From the sequence record NC_049819.1: a stretch of DNA of 50,732 nucleotides. The stretch is one strand, 5' to 3'. Origin of the DNA: Escherichia phage atuna. This document shows, piece after piece, positions 1 to 9,719 of this stretch. A model generated the notes under the pieces. The model was given only the letters and a program-made list of their open reading frames with translations. It had not been told where the DNA came from and made no database searches. Each line of letters begins with the position of its first letter. Positions within the stretch are counted from its first letter, which is position 1. A program made the position numbers and the translations under genes.

Positions 1-279
1 TGCTGCACGCATACTATCAGGAATGTCAACCTTAACCTGCTTGTCAACTTCTTTTTTAGCAACCTGGATATGTTTAGCCAACAAAGCATCACACTCTTTT
101 TTAGTGTACGTTTTCCCCAGGATAACATCTGGTCCGGTGATTCCTGCGCAAACCGTCCATACCCCCGCAATATCTTTGTATGGCTTGTATCTTACCCCTT
201 CGATCTCTTCAAGAAGTGGAGAAGTCAAGGCAACCGCAACGCCAAAGGCCGCAGCCGCTACCCTGTTCTTTATGCTCAT
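1..279 (-). CDS. Endolysin, N-terminal 93 codons (GH24/T4-type lysozyme with hydrophobic SAR-like N-terminus); ORF runs off the window start and continues in frame at 50520-50732
   Basis: ATG at 279-277 on minus strand; translation [49 protein letters not shown] contains Glu/Asp/Thr lysozyme catalytic region; no stop before position 1. Confidence 0.8.
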   Translation of the reverse strand, partial: MSIKNRVAAAAFGVAVALTSPLLEEIEGVRYKPYKDIAGVWTVCAGITGPDVILGKTYTKKECDALLAKHIQVAKKEVDKQVKVDIPDSMRAA

Positions 280-494
280 TACTTGCCCCTGATCTCAATA
301 GCTTTTTGAATATCACCTTTTTCGATCGCCTCATGGAATTTTTTACTATCACGCCAGCGAAGGTAAGCGCCCCATGCACCGAATGCAGCCATTAAAACAA
401 AGCTGGCAATAGCAATGGTTAACTGCCCTGTAGCGGCGCTTGCGATAGATGAACCGCCAGATCCGGCGGTAGCTGCGTTAATAAAATCTTTCAT
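279..494 (-). CDS. Holin (pinholin-like, 71 aa)
   Basis: Small protein with weakly hydrophobic Gly/Ala/Ser-rich segment then strong TM segment [21 protein letters not shown] and charged C-terminus; stop overlaps endolysin start (TAATG); position upstream of endolysin. Confidence 0.55.
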   Translation of the reverse strand: MKDFINAATAGSGGSSIASAATGQLTIAIASFVLMAAFGAWGAYLRWRDSKKFHEAIEKGDIQKAIEIRGK

Positions 495-562
495 TTTTAT
501 TCTCCATATTAATTAAAGTCAATATATTGACCGCATGATAAACGCACATGGTAAAAAATTAA

Positions 563-592
563 ACAAAAAAAAGAGGCGACAAACGCCGCCCC
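563..592 (-). terminator. Putative intrinsic terminator (GC dyad followed by T8 on minus strand) between phosphoesterase gene and lysis cassette
   Basis: Plus-strand A-run 563-572 followed by GC-rich dyad gaggcgacaaacgccgcccc; stem is imperfect. Confidence 0.4.
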
Positions 593-639
593 TTTGCAAG
601 TTTTTGATTTAATTTGTCATTGATTTAAATAAAAATTCA

Positions 640-1755
640 TCAATTCATCATTTCTGGATAGTGAACAAATCGCCCGACTTCTCCATGCTCTTTGTCGTAA
701 ATGATAACCGCTGCACGGCGTCGAGATCTCCAGCCACCTCGCGCGGCGTATGCGTCTTTTGCCGCCAGGGTGCTATGCACCTCCACGATGCCAAGCGACG
801 TTTCTGTCACGGTCTGGTGATGCCAGTGCCCTACGTGCGCATACATCGTTTTTGAGTTTCCGAAGTCCTCCCGCCAATCTGACGCGCACATCATTAGCAA
901 AGTCTCCGGTTTACGCACTGTGTGCCCGTGATGGTACGCAAGGAAAGTTTTTCCGTATTGCGTGTGGTGAACAACGCGAGGAGAAACATCAACGTAAACG
1001 CGCGGCTCGTTCTCATATGCTGCCGCCATTGCTGCGCGTAGCCAAATCATTCCTGATTGGTCGTGATTCCCCTCTACGATCTGGACCTCAACATGTTTAT
1101 GCTTTAACAGCATTTTATTAATTGCGCGGCGCATTGCACGTATTGCAACGTAAACCAATTTTGCATATCGGCTATCTTGATCAAGTACGTGACCGCTTGC
1201 AGGTGTCACCGCCTCCAGGCCGTCGCTATGCAGCATATCACCACCAATCAGGATAACAGCCTTTTCGCTGTCCGGTGCGCACATCAAAGCATAGTCGATA
1301 AAGTTATTCATGACGCGCTCTGCCGTCGCAGTATCCCAATTTTCGCCGCATTCGTGCTTATGGGCCATAGCGCCTAAGTGCATGTCAAAGATCGGATACA
1401 ATGAAAGCGTTTCATTATAATTACGCTCCTGCAATGGAACTGGATCTAATCGCGGCACTTCCTCGCTAAACGCCTCCATAGCTGCGCGCATCAGTGCCTC
1501 TAATTGCTCTTTATCCTTGCTGGTTTTGGTCCACTTGAGGATTATATTTCCTTCTTTGTCAGTCATTACTGACTCACCATGAACACCAAAACCAGGCGCT
1601 CCGATGGTCGATAACTGTCCTTGCTTTGCAAGACGCGCCGCGCGACGCTCAACGCTTCTCACATTCATTCCGTACTCTTGAGCGATCTGTTTATATGTCT
1701 TACCTGCCGCCCGTTCGATCTTGAATTGCTCATCTGTAATTTTTACATTTTTCAT
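640..1755 (-). CDS. HTH domain fused to calcineurin-like metallophosphoesterase (Mre11/SbcD/PP-lambda fold)
   Basis: N-terminal HTH-like KQIAQEYGMNVRSVERRAARLAKQG; phosphoesterase motifs DMHLG, GDMLHSDG, GNHD, HHGH, GHWHH; start chosen at internal Met (MKNVK) with upstream AGGT; longer ORF to 1905 possible. Confidence 0.6.
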   Translation of the reverse strand: MKNVKITDEQFKIERAAGKTYKQIAQEYGMNVRSVERRAARLAKQGQLSTIGAPGFGVHGESVMTDKEGNIILKWTKTSKDKEQLEALMRAAMEAFSEEVPRLDPVPLQERNYNETLSLYPIFDMHLGAMAHKHECGENWDTATAERVMNNFIDYALMCAPDSEKAVILIGGDMLHSDGLEAVTPASGHVLDQDSRYAKLVYVAIRAMRRAINKMLLKHKHVEVQIVEGNHDQSGMIWLRAAMAAAYENEPRVYVDVSPRVVHHTQYGKTFLAYHHGHTVRKPETLLMMCASDWREDFGNSKTMYAHVGHWHHQTVTETSLGIVEVHSTLAAKDAYAARGGWRSRRRAAVIIYDKEHGEVGRFVHYPEMMN

Positions 1756-1849
1756 TCTGCTACCTATCTCATCACTATATGGTACATAACTGTAACAGCG
1801 ATGATAACGGGTAACGGTAGAACAAACAAGCGCCACATGATAACTATCC

Positions 1850-2092
1850 TCATTTATAATATTTGCGAGGCTCTCGGATTTTAGCCATTGCCTCTTTGAA
1901 ATCAATTTTTGTTGGAACTGCTGGAACTCTTACCATTTTTCGCGGCCTTTCCTTGAGGAAAGTCATCTTGTCGCCGCTAATTATGCTCACATCTGCAATA
2001 TCAAAGTATTGCGCGATCTTCTTTATATCGTCGGCTATTCCGAATTCTTTAGCGTGATTCCATACCGCATCTCTACCTTGCTCAACCTTCAT
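1850..2092 (-). CDS. Hypothetical protein (80 aa)
   Basis: ORF; start at internal Met MKVEQ overlapping stop of upstream small ORF (ATGA-type coupling). Confidence 0.4.
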   Translation of the reverse strand: MKVEQGRDAVWNHAKEFGIADDIKKIAQYFDIADVSIISGDKMTFLKERPRKMVRVPAVPTKIDFKEAMAKIREPRKYYK

Positions 2093-2261
2093 GCTTATAA
2101 TATGCCTCCGCTTGTTCAATTGGCGCGTGACCGTATGCAACTTTCAGTAAAAACATTGCGATCTCCCAATCAAACTGGAATCCTTCCTTTGAACCGCCAT
2201 CCACTGAACCTTTTGCTACTTCTTGAGCAAGGTTAAAAGCGCGTTTATCGAATACCACCAT
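2082..2261 (-). CDS. Hypothetical small protein (59 aa), not in supplied ORF track
   Basis: ATG preceded by GAGGAAATAAAA Shine-Dalgarno; lies directly downstream of a promoter-like motif module; translation MVVFDKRAFNLAQEVAKGSVDGG... Confidence 0.35.
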   Translation of the reverse strand: MVVFDKRAFNLAQEVAKGSVDGGSKEGFQFDWEIAMFLLKVAYGHAPIEQAEAYYKHEG

Positions 2262-2318
2262 TTTTATTTCCTCATGTTTGCTTCGTTGAAATAATTATGC
2301 CCGACACTAGGCCGGGCG

Positions 2319-2338
2319 TTTTAACAAAAAGTGCTATT
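2319..2338 (-). promoter_or_regulatory. Conserved intergenic motif copy (exact AATAGCACTTTTTGTTAAAA on minus strand) + hairpin + ATAAT
   Basis: Exact 20-mer; followed on minus strand by hairpin cgcccggcctagtgtcgggc and ATAATT 23 nt after TTGTTA. Confidence 0.55.
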
Positions 2339-2594
2339 AGTGGATCATTCCGTGCTGAAAATTCCACGAATCGACAAACTCTTGCATGTCATTTCTGATT
2401 TGTTCGTGCCATTTTTCAAGCGGGAGTTTTCTTGTCTCCTCAAAGCTCATATCTAATGCGCTTGAAAATTCCCACGGATCGCAATCAATCATCTTTTTCA
2501 CGTTAGGGTTTTTATCAAGTGCATCGCACACCATAGCGCGAAATAACAACCACTCGCCAGTTTCATTTAAATAAACGCTTCTCTCTTTTTCCAT
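2337..2594 (-). CDS. Hypothetical protein (85 aa)
   Basis: ORF with stop embedded in conserved motif. Confidence 0.45.
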   Translation of the reverse strand: MEKERSVYLNETGEWLLFRAMVCDALDKNPNVKKMIDCDPWEFSSALDMSFEETRKLPLEKWHEQIRNDMQEFVDSWNFQHGMIH

Positions 2595-2598
2595 CGTG

Positions 2599-3351
2599 TT
2601 AGCTCCGTTTGCGTGCGCGACGTTCGGTTACAGAAGGGCAAATATCGCTGATCTTAACGTATCGCGTTTTCTGCTCCTCGCCTTCTTTAAGTTTGCGCAT
2701 GACAAAAATCACGCTTCCCTTGTTGTTGCCCTGCACAGGCTCGCCAGTCAATCCAGACACAAAGGCGATTCTTCCGGTGCGGGAGTATTCTACTCCACCC
2801 TCTTCGTAAACCTCGCCAGTGATCCAGATGATTTCAGCCGCGTTTTTCTGCGCCTCATAAAACCATGCTGTAGAGTTGTCTGCTGGCAACAAAACATCAA
2901 TTTGGTTGTTGTGCTCCATTTGCTCAATTGCTTTCTTGATAAATGGAGTTGGGTTGCTGTACGGCGGGTTAAGCCACACGTGCTTGTTGCTACCCCACCA
3001 ACGCTTTAAGCAGTTTGTCTCCTTGCTATAGAACTTCTCGCAAACTGCGTTTTCCTGGCTTGCTGCCGCGTCGAGATCGTATTCACCAAATTCTGATTCC
3101 ATCCACTCCACGATCTCTTGAGGTGTGCTCCACATATCGCGCACAACGTCCGGCGTAGTGCTTCCAGCGTATCGGTTTCCGCTTACCTTATAATATTGAT
3201 TTGGCTTTACTGCCTGGTAATGGCCTCCAGTTGCAAGGGCATTCCCTATAAACGTTTCTCTCTCCAACTGCTCAAAGCTAACGAATGCGTTATGGGTGTC
3301 TTTATCTAAAATATCTTTAGCCATTTTCATTTCTCCGCTATTAAAAGCCAT
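2599..3351 (-). CDS. dam: DNA N6-adenine methyltransferase (phage Dam-type)
   Basis: WLNPPYS catalytic motif (N/DPPY) in 250-aa protein; position next to helicase/VRR-NUC as in T1-like phages; GATC specificity is inferred, not seen. Confidence 0.7.
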   Translation of the reverse strand: MAFNSGEMKMAKDILDKDTHNAFVSFEQLERETFIGNALATGGHYQAVKPNQYYKVSGNRYAGSTTPDVVRDMWSTPQEIVEWMESEFGEYDLDAAASQENAVCEKFYSKETNCLKRWWGSNKHVWLNPPYSNPTPFIKKAIEQMEHNNQIDVLLPADNSTAWFYEAQKNAAEIIWITGEVYEEGGVEYSRTGRIAFVSGLTGEPVQGNNKGSVIFVMRKLKEGEEQKTRYVKISDICPSVTERRARKRS

Positions 3352-3389
3352 CTCGTGTTATTGAATTATGGCGCAATCCATCGCGCCAG

Positions 3390-3409
3390 TTTTAACAAAA
3401 AGTGCTATT
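3390..3409 (-). promoter_or_regulatory. Conserved intergenic motif copy (exact) + hairpin + ATAAT upstream of methyltransferase gene
   Basis: Exact 20-mer; minus-strand hairpin ctggcgcgatggattgcgcc then ATAATT at 23-nt spacing. Confidence 0.55.
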
Positions 3410-3824
3410 TAAGCATGTATTCAATAGCCAACTTAAACTGATTGAATCCGTAGGCTACCGCAGCGAATCCTCCTAAGCTGCGAACGCGACGCAAAAAAGC
3501 CTTTTGTTCATCGCTGACTGGTGATGCTTTCCCCTTGCCTGATTTATTCACTCGTTTGATCTCAATCGCTGCAAAGGGGTATTTTCCGTTTAAACCAATC
3601 AGGATGATGAAATCGCTTACTCCCTTAACCAAGCCGGACTGCTGATCAATCATCGCCGTTGCTTTAGACTTCTCATTCTCGTTTACCGTATGCCACGCCA
3701 GCAAATAAGGATGAGCATAAGTCAACCACTGAAAACTATCTATCTGGTGATTAACTTCCCTTCTCGTGTCGGTTGGATCCCTTTCGTAAAACTCAAGATA
3801 ATCGCCTTTATCAGTTATAGCCAT
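3405..3824 (-). CDS. VRR-NUC domain nuclease
   Basis: AIEIKRVNKSGKGKASPVSDEQKAFLRRVRSLGGFAAVAYGF resembles VRR-NUC E-x-K core; 139 aa. Confidence 0.55.
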   Translation of the reverse strand: MAITDKGDYLEFYERDPTDTRREVNHQIDSFQWLTYAHPYLLAWHTVNENEKSKATAMIDQQSGLVKGVSDFIILIGLNGKYPFAAIEIKRVNKSGKGKASPVSDEQKAFLRRVRSLGGFAAVAYGFNQFKLAIEYMLK

Positions 3825-5821
3825 TAAACAAACTCCCGTTTTGCAATGTTATCCTCACCTTTGCCGTTTTTGCGATGCGTTACGCGTACAGGAGGCATGA
3901 TGTGATGAGCGTATGACATTATTTTACGCGCATTTCTATAGCTCGCCACCATACCAGCAATCTTGCGATCCGGTATGTGCTGCAATGCTATTTTTCTCCA
4001 TATCGTCCGGCAAATGTTGCTTTCTGACTCAGGGAAAAATCTTTCGTATGCCTTGAACGTGTCGCCGTTGGCCTCAAGCTCATAGCAAAAAACAATTCCT
4101 TTCTGGTTTTTCGTCATATCAACGCGGAAAGATTTAACGTTGCACCAATCGTTTTTGGTGTAGTGCTTGCCGCTTAACTTCTCGTTAGGATCGACAAGAG
4201 AAATATCGCAACAACGGCAAACTCTCGCCACTACGTCGTTTTTTGTTCCGCAACCGCGCTTGATTATCTTTTTCGTTCTCGGATCTACCTGGTCCTCGCA
4301 AATTCTGTAAGTCCAAAAATGCTCGCATCTCTTCCCGTTATCGTCTACGTGCATACATCGGCGAGCGTAAAAGCTGTTTAGCGTTCCACATATCGGACAA
4401 GTCTTAGGCTCTTTCCCGTTTGTAAATCTCTTTTGGAATTGCGCTTGCTCAAGGATTGGATCGAAATACAAATCCCCTAACTCATCCATAGTACCAGCAA
4501 AATCCAATACAAGATGGTCTTTTTTCTTGAATCCCTGCTCAATGTGCCATTGCTTAAGCAGTCGCATACCGCGCCCCAAAAGCTGGATAAGCAATGTTAG
4601 AGATCCTATCTTTCTCAGTATTACAGAAGTATCCCAAAACGGAACGTTAACGCCAGTGGTAAGCGCCTGTACCTGGAAGATGTATTTTACTTTTCCCTCG
4701 TATGCCTCCCTCAGCCACTCTTTACGCTGATTGTCTCCAGTCTTGCCAGTTATGATCCTGTATTCAACGCCTGGCGGCAGTGCGGCGGCGGCCTCCTTGC
4801 AGTGTCTTTCCCCTGCGCATGTAACTAAAACTCCGTTCCTGTCTTTGCATATCTCATGGACTTTAGCCATGATTTTCTGTGTCATTGTTGCGTCTTGATG
4901 GATCTTTTCTTCCATCTTGCGCAATGTTTTAGCGTCAAAGTCTGAAACGCCATCCTCGCTACTGGCTTCGAACTCTGAAAGGTCATACCCCAGGTCGCCT
5001 ACGTCGCCGAAATTTGTTGGCACTACAGAACCGAATTTGATTAAGTAGTTTGTGTCTATGTTAGTCACCTGCTCACGCCAGAATCCCTTTTTGTTCTTAT
5101 CTTCAACCAGTATTGGAACCACGCCGCGAAATTCAGATCCAGTCATACCGAATATTCGCAATTCGTGCCCGTATGCCTCGCGACACCTGCGCATCATTTC
5201 CATGATTATTACCGTGTACTGTGTGCGTCCTGTTCCGAACATTGGATCGCCATTGGAATCAAATTGCTGTTCTTCTCCAATCAGTACAGGCAAATCCTTC
5301 TTAGTGGTCATCTGCTGGTAAGATTCATTATTTTCTATCGCGTCGGCGAGATCCTCCCAATCCACCTGGTGACATTCATCAATACCGATAACGTGCGGAA
5401 CATAATCACCTAACGACTTAAACAATCCGTTTACCACAGTGCCCTCAGAACCGACTACGATCGGAAAGTATGCGCTTTTTGTTTTCAGTCCGGCGCAATA
5501 GATTGAGTTTGGCACGCCAAGATTGCTGATCTCTTCTGAATCCTGATCAACAATTTCAGCCTGACGAGCAAGCACCATCATTTTCAATCCCATTTTGCGG
5601 CATTGCGCCGCAACCATCGCAAACATCAATGTTTTGCCAGCCGACACAGAAGCCTTAACAAAGAAAGGATGCTCATAGTTTTTCATGCGCTTTGCGATCT
5701 CGGCATACGCAACGCACTGATAAGGATAAGGCACTATATTGCCAACCGTGAATCGCTCTTGGATGCTTTTTATTACTGCCTCGCCTAACGCTGATATTTG
5801 TTTTTCGATATTTGGAATCAT
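3824..5821 (-). CDS. ATP-dependent SF2 helicase (DEAD/DEAH-like)
   Basis: Walker A SVSAGKT and motif II IDECHQ in 665-aa protein. Confidence 0.8.
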   Translation of the reverse strand: MIPNIEKQISALGEAVIKSIQERFTVGNIVPYPYQCVAYAEIAKRMKNYEHPFFVKASVSAGKTLMFAMVAAQCRKMGLKMMVLARQAEIVDQDSEEISNLGVPNSIYCAGLKTKSAYFPIVVGSEGTVVNGLFKSLGDYVPHVIGIDECHQVDWEDLADAIENNESYQQMTTKKDLPVLIGEEQQFDSNGDPMFGTGRTQYTVIIMEMMRRCREAYGHELRIFGMTGSEFRGVVPILVEDKNKKGFWREQVTNIDTNYLIKFGSVVPTNFGDVGDLGYDLSEFEASSEDGVSDFDAKTLRKMEEKIHQDATMTQKIMAKVHEICKDRNGVLVTCAGERHCKEAAAALPPGVEYRIITGKTGDNQRKEWLREAYEGKVKYIFQVQALTTGVNVPFWDTSVILRKIGSLTLLIQLLGRGMRLLKQWHIEQGFKKKDHLVLDFAGTMDELGDLYFDPILEQAQFQKRFTNGKEPKTCPICGTLNSFYARRCMHVDDNGKRCEHFWTYRICEDQVDPRTKKIIKRGCGTKNDVVARVCRCCDISLVDPNEKLSGKHYTKNDWCNVKSFRVDMTKNQKGIVFCYELEANGDTFKAYERFFPESESNICRTIWRKIALQHIPDRKIAGMVASYRNARKIMSYAHHIMPPVRVTHRKNGKGEDNIAKREFV

Positions 5822-5878
5822 CTTAAACCTTTAAAAAATGCCATTTGGAGTATATAATAGACTCATTACAATAAACTG

Positions 5879-5898
5879 TTTTAACAAAAAATGCTATG
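5879..5898 (-). promoter_or_regulatory. Conserved motif variant (TTTTAACAAAAAATGCTATG on plus) in divergent helicase / HTH-gene intergenic region
   Basis: Minus-strand reading gives motif then TATTAT 22 nt after TTGTTA, upstream of helicase; on plus strand the motif abuts the SD (GAGG) of gene 5909. Confidence 0.5.
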
Positions 5899-5908
5899 AG
5901 GTGACTAG

Positions 5909-6385
5909 ATGAAAGATGCACGAATTGCAGTATCTACTGGTGAGATCGACAAGCGCACTATTAACGGTAACAACGGAACGCGACGAGGTAAAGACAAAAA
6001 GCCACGAAAACACCGAACCGGATTTCTTATCCTGCGAGATGAGGTAAAAGCAAGCCTGAAATCTCGCCTTGACATTCTGATCGAGTATTACGGCGGTGTT
6101 CCTGCTATGGCCCGACGTCTGCGCGTATCTCAGCAAGTCGTTAACCAGTGGCGAAAGCGTGGTATGATTTCAGCCGCTGGAGCACAAAAGGTGCATAACG
6201 ACTACAAATATAATGGGTGCAAAGGATACCGCGCATCATTTTGTCGTCCAGATCTGCGGTTTGATTCTAACGGCAAGCCTCTTACTACCCGTTGCGACAA
6301 ATACGAAATGTTGCGCGTAGTCAAAAATTCAGACTACGAACCAGGCGGACGATTCTACAAAGGTGATAACAGCACGAATAGCTAA
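5909..6385 (+). CDS. HTH DNA-binding protein (Cro/YdaS-like motif)
   Basis: VPAMARRLRVSQQVVNQWRKRGMIS helix-turn-helix-like segment; SD gagg upstream. Confidence 0.5.
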   Translation: MKDARIAVSTGEIDKRTINGNNGTRRGKDKKPRKHRTGFLILRDEVKASLKSRLDILIEYYGGVPAMARRLRVSQQVVNQWRKRGMISAAGAQKVHNDYKYNGCKGYRASFCRPDLRFDSNGKPLTTRCDKYEMLRVVKNSDYEPGGRFYKGDNSTNS

Positions 6386-6392
6386 TGATAAG

Positions 6393-6428
6393 GCCCAGCG
6401 AAATGATAATATTTGCTGGGCTTTTTTA
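6393..6428 (+). terminator. Hairpin + T-run between HTH gene and primase-like gene
   Basis: gcccagcg...tgctgggc dyad followed by TTTTTTATT, then SD gagg and ATG 6441. Confidence 0.45.
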
Positions 6429-6440
6429 TTGAGGTTTGCC

Positions 6441-7370
6441 ATGAATACTGAAAACTTTATGACCTATCAGAAAGAAGATGTTTTACCATATATGAAGGGG
6501 TTATGGCGTGAAGCACTACAAAGCATTTGCGGACTGCATAGCGATGTTTTCAACAAAAAGCATCAGCCTTGCCCACACTGCGGCGGCAAGGATCGTTTTA
6601 GATGGACTGATAAGCTAAATGAAGAGGGCGACGGCGGCGCTATCTGCAACGTATGCGGTAACGACACGGGGATCGGTTGGTTAATGAAATTAACTGGCGA
6701 ACCTTACAGCGAGGCCATCAATATTTTGGGTCGCTTCCTCGGAAAAGTGCCGCAGGATTACAGGATCAGAGCAAACAAACGCGCTTCGCGTTCTTCTGGT
6801 TACTCGTTCGGGAAACAGGCAAGTCATGAATGCTGCGAAAAAGTGATGGCAAAAACATTAAAATTCGATCGCACACCTTTAAGCGTTTATGAGGGGATAT
6901 ATCCGACGGAAGGTTGTCATTATGATTGCGGCGTCAAGGATGGTCGATACATTCACGCGCTACCTTGTCACTTGGTGCATGATGACGGGCTTGATGATGA
7001 AATGTGTAACGTGCTTTTCATTGATGAGGATGGAAAGGATTGGTTTTTAGCTCGCGACTACACGCGCGGATCTGTTGTTAAAACAGGTAGCACAGATAAG
7101 ACGATCTATTTGTGCCTTGATTGGGTTGATTCCCAGCATGTTCATTTATCAACTGGTCAAGAGGTGTGGGCTTGCTTTACTCCTTCAAATCTTGAAATGG
7201 TTGCGCATAGATATAAAGGAGAAAGAAGAATGCGAGTAGTCTGCCGGAAAGATGATCGTGATGTGATAATCGCGGCAGAGGAAAGAGGTCTTGACATAAT
7301 GATGCCTGTTGACGATAATTTTAAACAGGGCGTAGAAAGAAAACTCTACAAGCCCGAATCACTACTATAA
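6441..7370 (+). CDS. Putative DNA primase-like protein with N-terminal zinc ribbon
   Basis: CPHCGG...CNVCG zinc-ribbon; start moved from 6363 to ATG 6441 (SD gagg; upstream region forms terminator hairpin); position between helicase and tail fibre. Confidence 0.5.
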   Translation: MNTENFMTYQKEDVLPYMKGLWREALQSICGLHSDVFNKKHQPCPHCGGKDRFRWTDKLNEEGDGGAICNVCGNDTGIGWLMKLTGEPYSEAINILGRFLGKVPQDYRIRANKRASRSSGYSFGKQASHECCEKVMAKTLKFDRTPLSVYEGIYPTEGCHYDCGVKDGRYIHALPCHLVHDDGLDDEMCNVLFIDEDGKDWFLARDYTRGSVVKTGSTDKTIYLCLDWVDSQHVHLSTGQEVWACFTPSNLEMVAHRYKGERRMRVVCRKDDRDVIIAAEERGLDIMMPVDDNFKQGVERKLYKPESLL

Positions 7371-7386
7371 AACTCCGCTAGTATTG

Positions 7387-7411
7387 CCCCGCTTATGCGG
7401 GGTTTTTTTTT
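7387..7411 (+). terminator. Rho-independent terminator after primase-like gene
   Basis: ccccgcttatgcgggg stem followed by T9. Confidence 0.75.
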
Positions 7412-7442
7412 GCATTTGAAAATGCTATTATCTGAATTGTCA

Positions 7443-7460
7443 TTAGCAAAAAGTGCTATT
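7443..7460 (-). promoter_or_regulatory. Conserved motif variant (TTAGCAAAAAGTGCTATT on plus) abutting tail-fibre SD; second partial copy at 7416-7430
   Basis: Sequence match to the 3' half of the motif, in inverted orientation relative to the downstream plus-strand gene. Confidence 0.4.
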
Positions 7461-7476
7461 TAGGAGGATTTTACAA

Positions 7477-9687
7477 ATGGCGATTTACAGACAAGGCCAA
7501 GCGTCTATGGACGCTCAAGGTTATGTAACTGGTTACGACACAAAATGGCGCGAGCAATTAACATTGATTCGCCCAGGTGCAACTATTTTCTTTCTTACTC
7601 AACCTTTGCAAGCTGCCGTGATCACAGAGGTGATTAGCGATACAAGCATTCGCGCAATTACTACTGGCGGCGCGGTAGTCCAGAAGACAAATTACCTGAT
7701 CTTGCTTCATGACTCGTTAACGGTTGACGGGCTTGCGCAGGATGTAGCGGAAACTTTGCGTTATTACCAGAGCAAGGAAACAGAAATTGCAGAAGCAATA
7801 GAGTTTTTTAAAGATTTTGATTTGGATGGCTTAAAGGATCTGGTGAATCAAGTTAAGGAATCTGCGCAACAAGTAGCAACAGATCGCGCAGCCACTGAAC
7901 AATTAAAAAATGACACTCAACAGATAAAGGATTCTGCTGTTGCTGAAACAAACCAGATTAAAGCAGACACTGACGCGATCAAAACTCAAACGCAACAGAT
8001 TAAAGATTCAGCTGTAACCGAAACTGAAGCCATTAAACAAGAGGCTTTCGGTGCTCGCGATCAGGCTGAACTGGCGCGTGATGCTGCTGGAAATCATGCC
8101 GTTGATGCAAATAATGCAAAGGCTGGCGCTGAAACTGCGCGTGATGAAGCTCGCCAGTGGGCGCAACAGGTAAATCCTGAAAATCTATTGCATAAGGATC
8201 AGAACCTTAAAGATCTTTCTGACATTGATGAAGCTCGCAGTACTCTTAGCATTGATTCATTTTTTCAGGATTACGTGCATACTATCTTGTACTCTAGAAA
8301 TAGAGAATATAGGCTCGTTATCAGAAATGATGGTCTTCTTGTTTTCCAGAGGGATGTATCAGGGTCTGGGTCATTTGAAACTGTTCCTTTAGCTATTTCT
8401 TCTGGTGGCACTGGAGCTATTGACGCAAATGGCATCAGAAACAATATAGGACTTGGCGAAAAACATGCACCAAAGTTTTTGAGTCTTAATGTTGAAAACG
8501 AAACGGAAAATGCAACTACTGCAAACGCAGGTATATACCATTCAAAACTAAAGAATACACAAGGTGAAGATATTGGATCTTCTCAGTCTTATTTTGAAAC
8601 TCAAGTAGGCGTAGGAAAGCATACAATAGGCGTATTTCATAATGGGGCATCACAGTATTATCAGTTTAATGAAAATGGTGCTTTTTCAGGAGCGAAAAGC
8701 ATTTCCTTAGCTCCTGGGGCTGGTATTTATGTAGATGGGAATGAGCGAAATGCGTCGCAATTGTTTTCAATTCCAAGTCCACCAATCAACACATGGACTG
8801 GTGTAAGTCGTTACAACTGGTATGACGATTACGCTATCGCTGGTTTAATCAGAAGAGGAGATACACACGTTGAATCTTTTGGAATAGAATTGTATCAAGC
8901 AGGGATACAGTCCTATATGCACAAGTTTTACCCTGACGGCAAAACGCATTCTGCTCAATACACCGGAAGAACTCAACAAATGGGGTGGGACGATCCAAAT
9001 TATTGGGGTAATGCTCTTGTTTGGGGTGAGGTTGTAACCAATAATGATGGCGGCTGGAGTCCTGGGTTATCTTGGGCTACACAATCAACTGGTGGATACC
9101 CGATTCGTGCAACTTGGGGTCTTATCGCACAAGGTAATAATGCATGGCCACTTTGTTCTCTAAGGCTTCGTGGTGATGGTGGTTTTTTCTGCAATTTCCA
9201 GTTTAATCCGGCATCAAACGATATAACTACATGGTCATCAAGTGGAAATTTCATTTTCCAAAAGGCAGCTAACTCTGACAGGGATTTAAAGCACGATATA
9301 ATTTATACAGATGGAAAAGAAAGCTATGATCGCGTTATGCAGTGGCTGCCTACCATGTTTAAATACAATGGAAGCAACATCCAGCGATTCGGGATGATAG
9401 CTCAGGATCTGTTAAAAATAGATCCTGAATATGTAAAGCTAATACCTGGAGGGGACATTTTTGCAGATGTTATAGGCGTTAATGATGAAGGTGAAGAATA
9501 TGTGGATCGTCAGATTGTGGTTGACAAAGCAGATGATACACTAGCTCTTGACAATAACGTTATCATGGCTGATATGGCTTGCGCTATGGTCTACATGGGA
9601 AACAAAATTGAGAAAATGGAGAAAGAGATAGAGGATCTAAAAAAAGCGGTAGCGAAATTAATAAACAATCCAACAGATACAGAATAA
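7477..9687 (+). CDS. Tail fibre protein with C-terminal intramolecular chaperone (peptidase S74-like) domain
   Basis: ATG 7477 after AGGAGG; C-terminal [30 protein letters not shown]...[13 protein letters not shown] resembles self-cleaving chaperone domain of T5-type fibres; coiled-coil ending. Confidence 0.75.
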   Translation: MAIYRQGQASMDAQGYVTGYDTKWREQLTLIRPGATIFFLTQPLQAAVITEVISDTSIRAITTGGAVVQKTNYLILLHDSLTVDGLAQDVAETLRYYQSKETEIAEAIEFFKDFDLDGLKDLVNQVKESAQQVATDRAATEQLKNDTQQIKDSAVAETNQIKADTDAIKTQTQQIKDSAVTETEAIKQEAFGARDQAELARDAAGNHAVDANNAKAGAETARDEARQWAQQVNPENLLHKDQNLKDLSDIDEARSTLSIDSFFQDYVHTILYSRNREYRLVIRNDGLLVFQRDVSGSGSFETVPLAISSGGTGAIDANGIRNNIGLGEKHAPKFLSLNVENETENATTANAGIYHSKLKNTQGEDIGSSQSYFETQVGVGKHTIGVFHNGASQYYQFNENGAFSGAKSISLAPGAGIYVDGNERNASQLFSIPSPPINTWTGVSRYNWYDDYAIAGLIRRGDTHVESFGIELYQAGIQSYMHKFYPDGKTHSAQYTGRTQQMGWDDPNYWGNALVWGEVVTNNDGGWSPGLSWATQSTGGYPIRATWGLIAQGNNAWPLCSLRLRGDGGFFCNFQFNPASNDITTWSSSGNFIFQKAANSDRDLKHDIIYTDGKESYDRVMQWLPTMFKYNGSNIQRFGMIAQDLLKIDPEYVKLIPGGDIFADVIGVNDEGEEYVDRQIVVDKADDTLALDNNVIMADMACAMVYMGNKIEKMEKEIEDLKKAVAKLINNPTDTE

Positions 9688-9717
9688 AAAAATCCCCGCT
9701 TGTGCGGGGATTTTTAT
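9686..9717. terminator. Bidirectional terminator between convergent tail fibre and ssb genes
   Basis: A7-atccccgcttgtgcggggat-TTTTATT. Confidence 0.75.
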
Positions 9718-9719
9718 TA

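Noticed and set aside
23-395. Plus-strand ORFs 23-292, 70-309 and 180-395 from the ORF track
   Set aside because: They are antisense to the endolysin and holin reading frames, which have clear lysozyme motifs and transmembrane segments; no SD; products are low-complexity.
6363-6440. Upstream extension of the primase-like ORF (start at 6363)
   Set aside because: The extension overlaps the preceding gene and runs through a hairpin/T-run; an SD-preceded ATG at 6441 is a better start.
7453-7476. GTG start at 7453 for the tail fibre gene
   Set aside because: It lies inside the conserved motif and the AGGAGG SD; ATG 7477 is correctly spaced from the SD.
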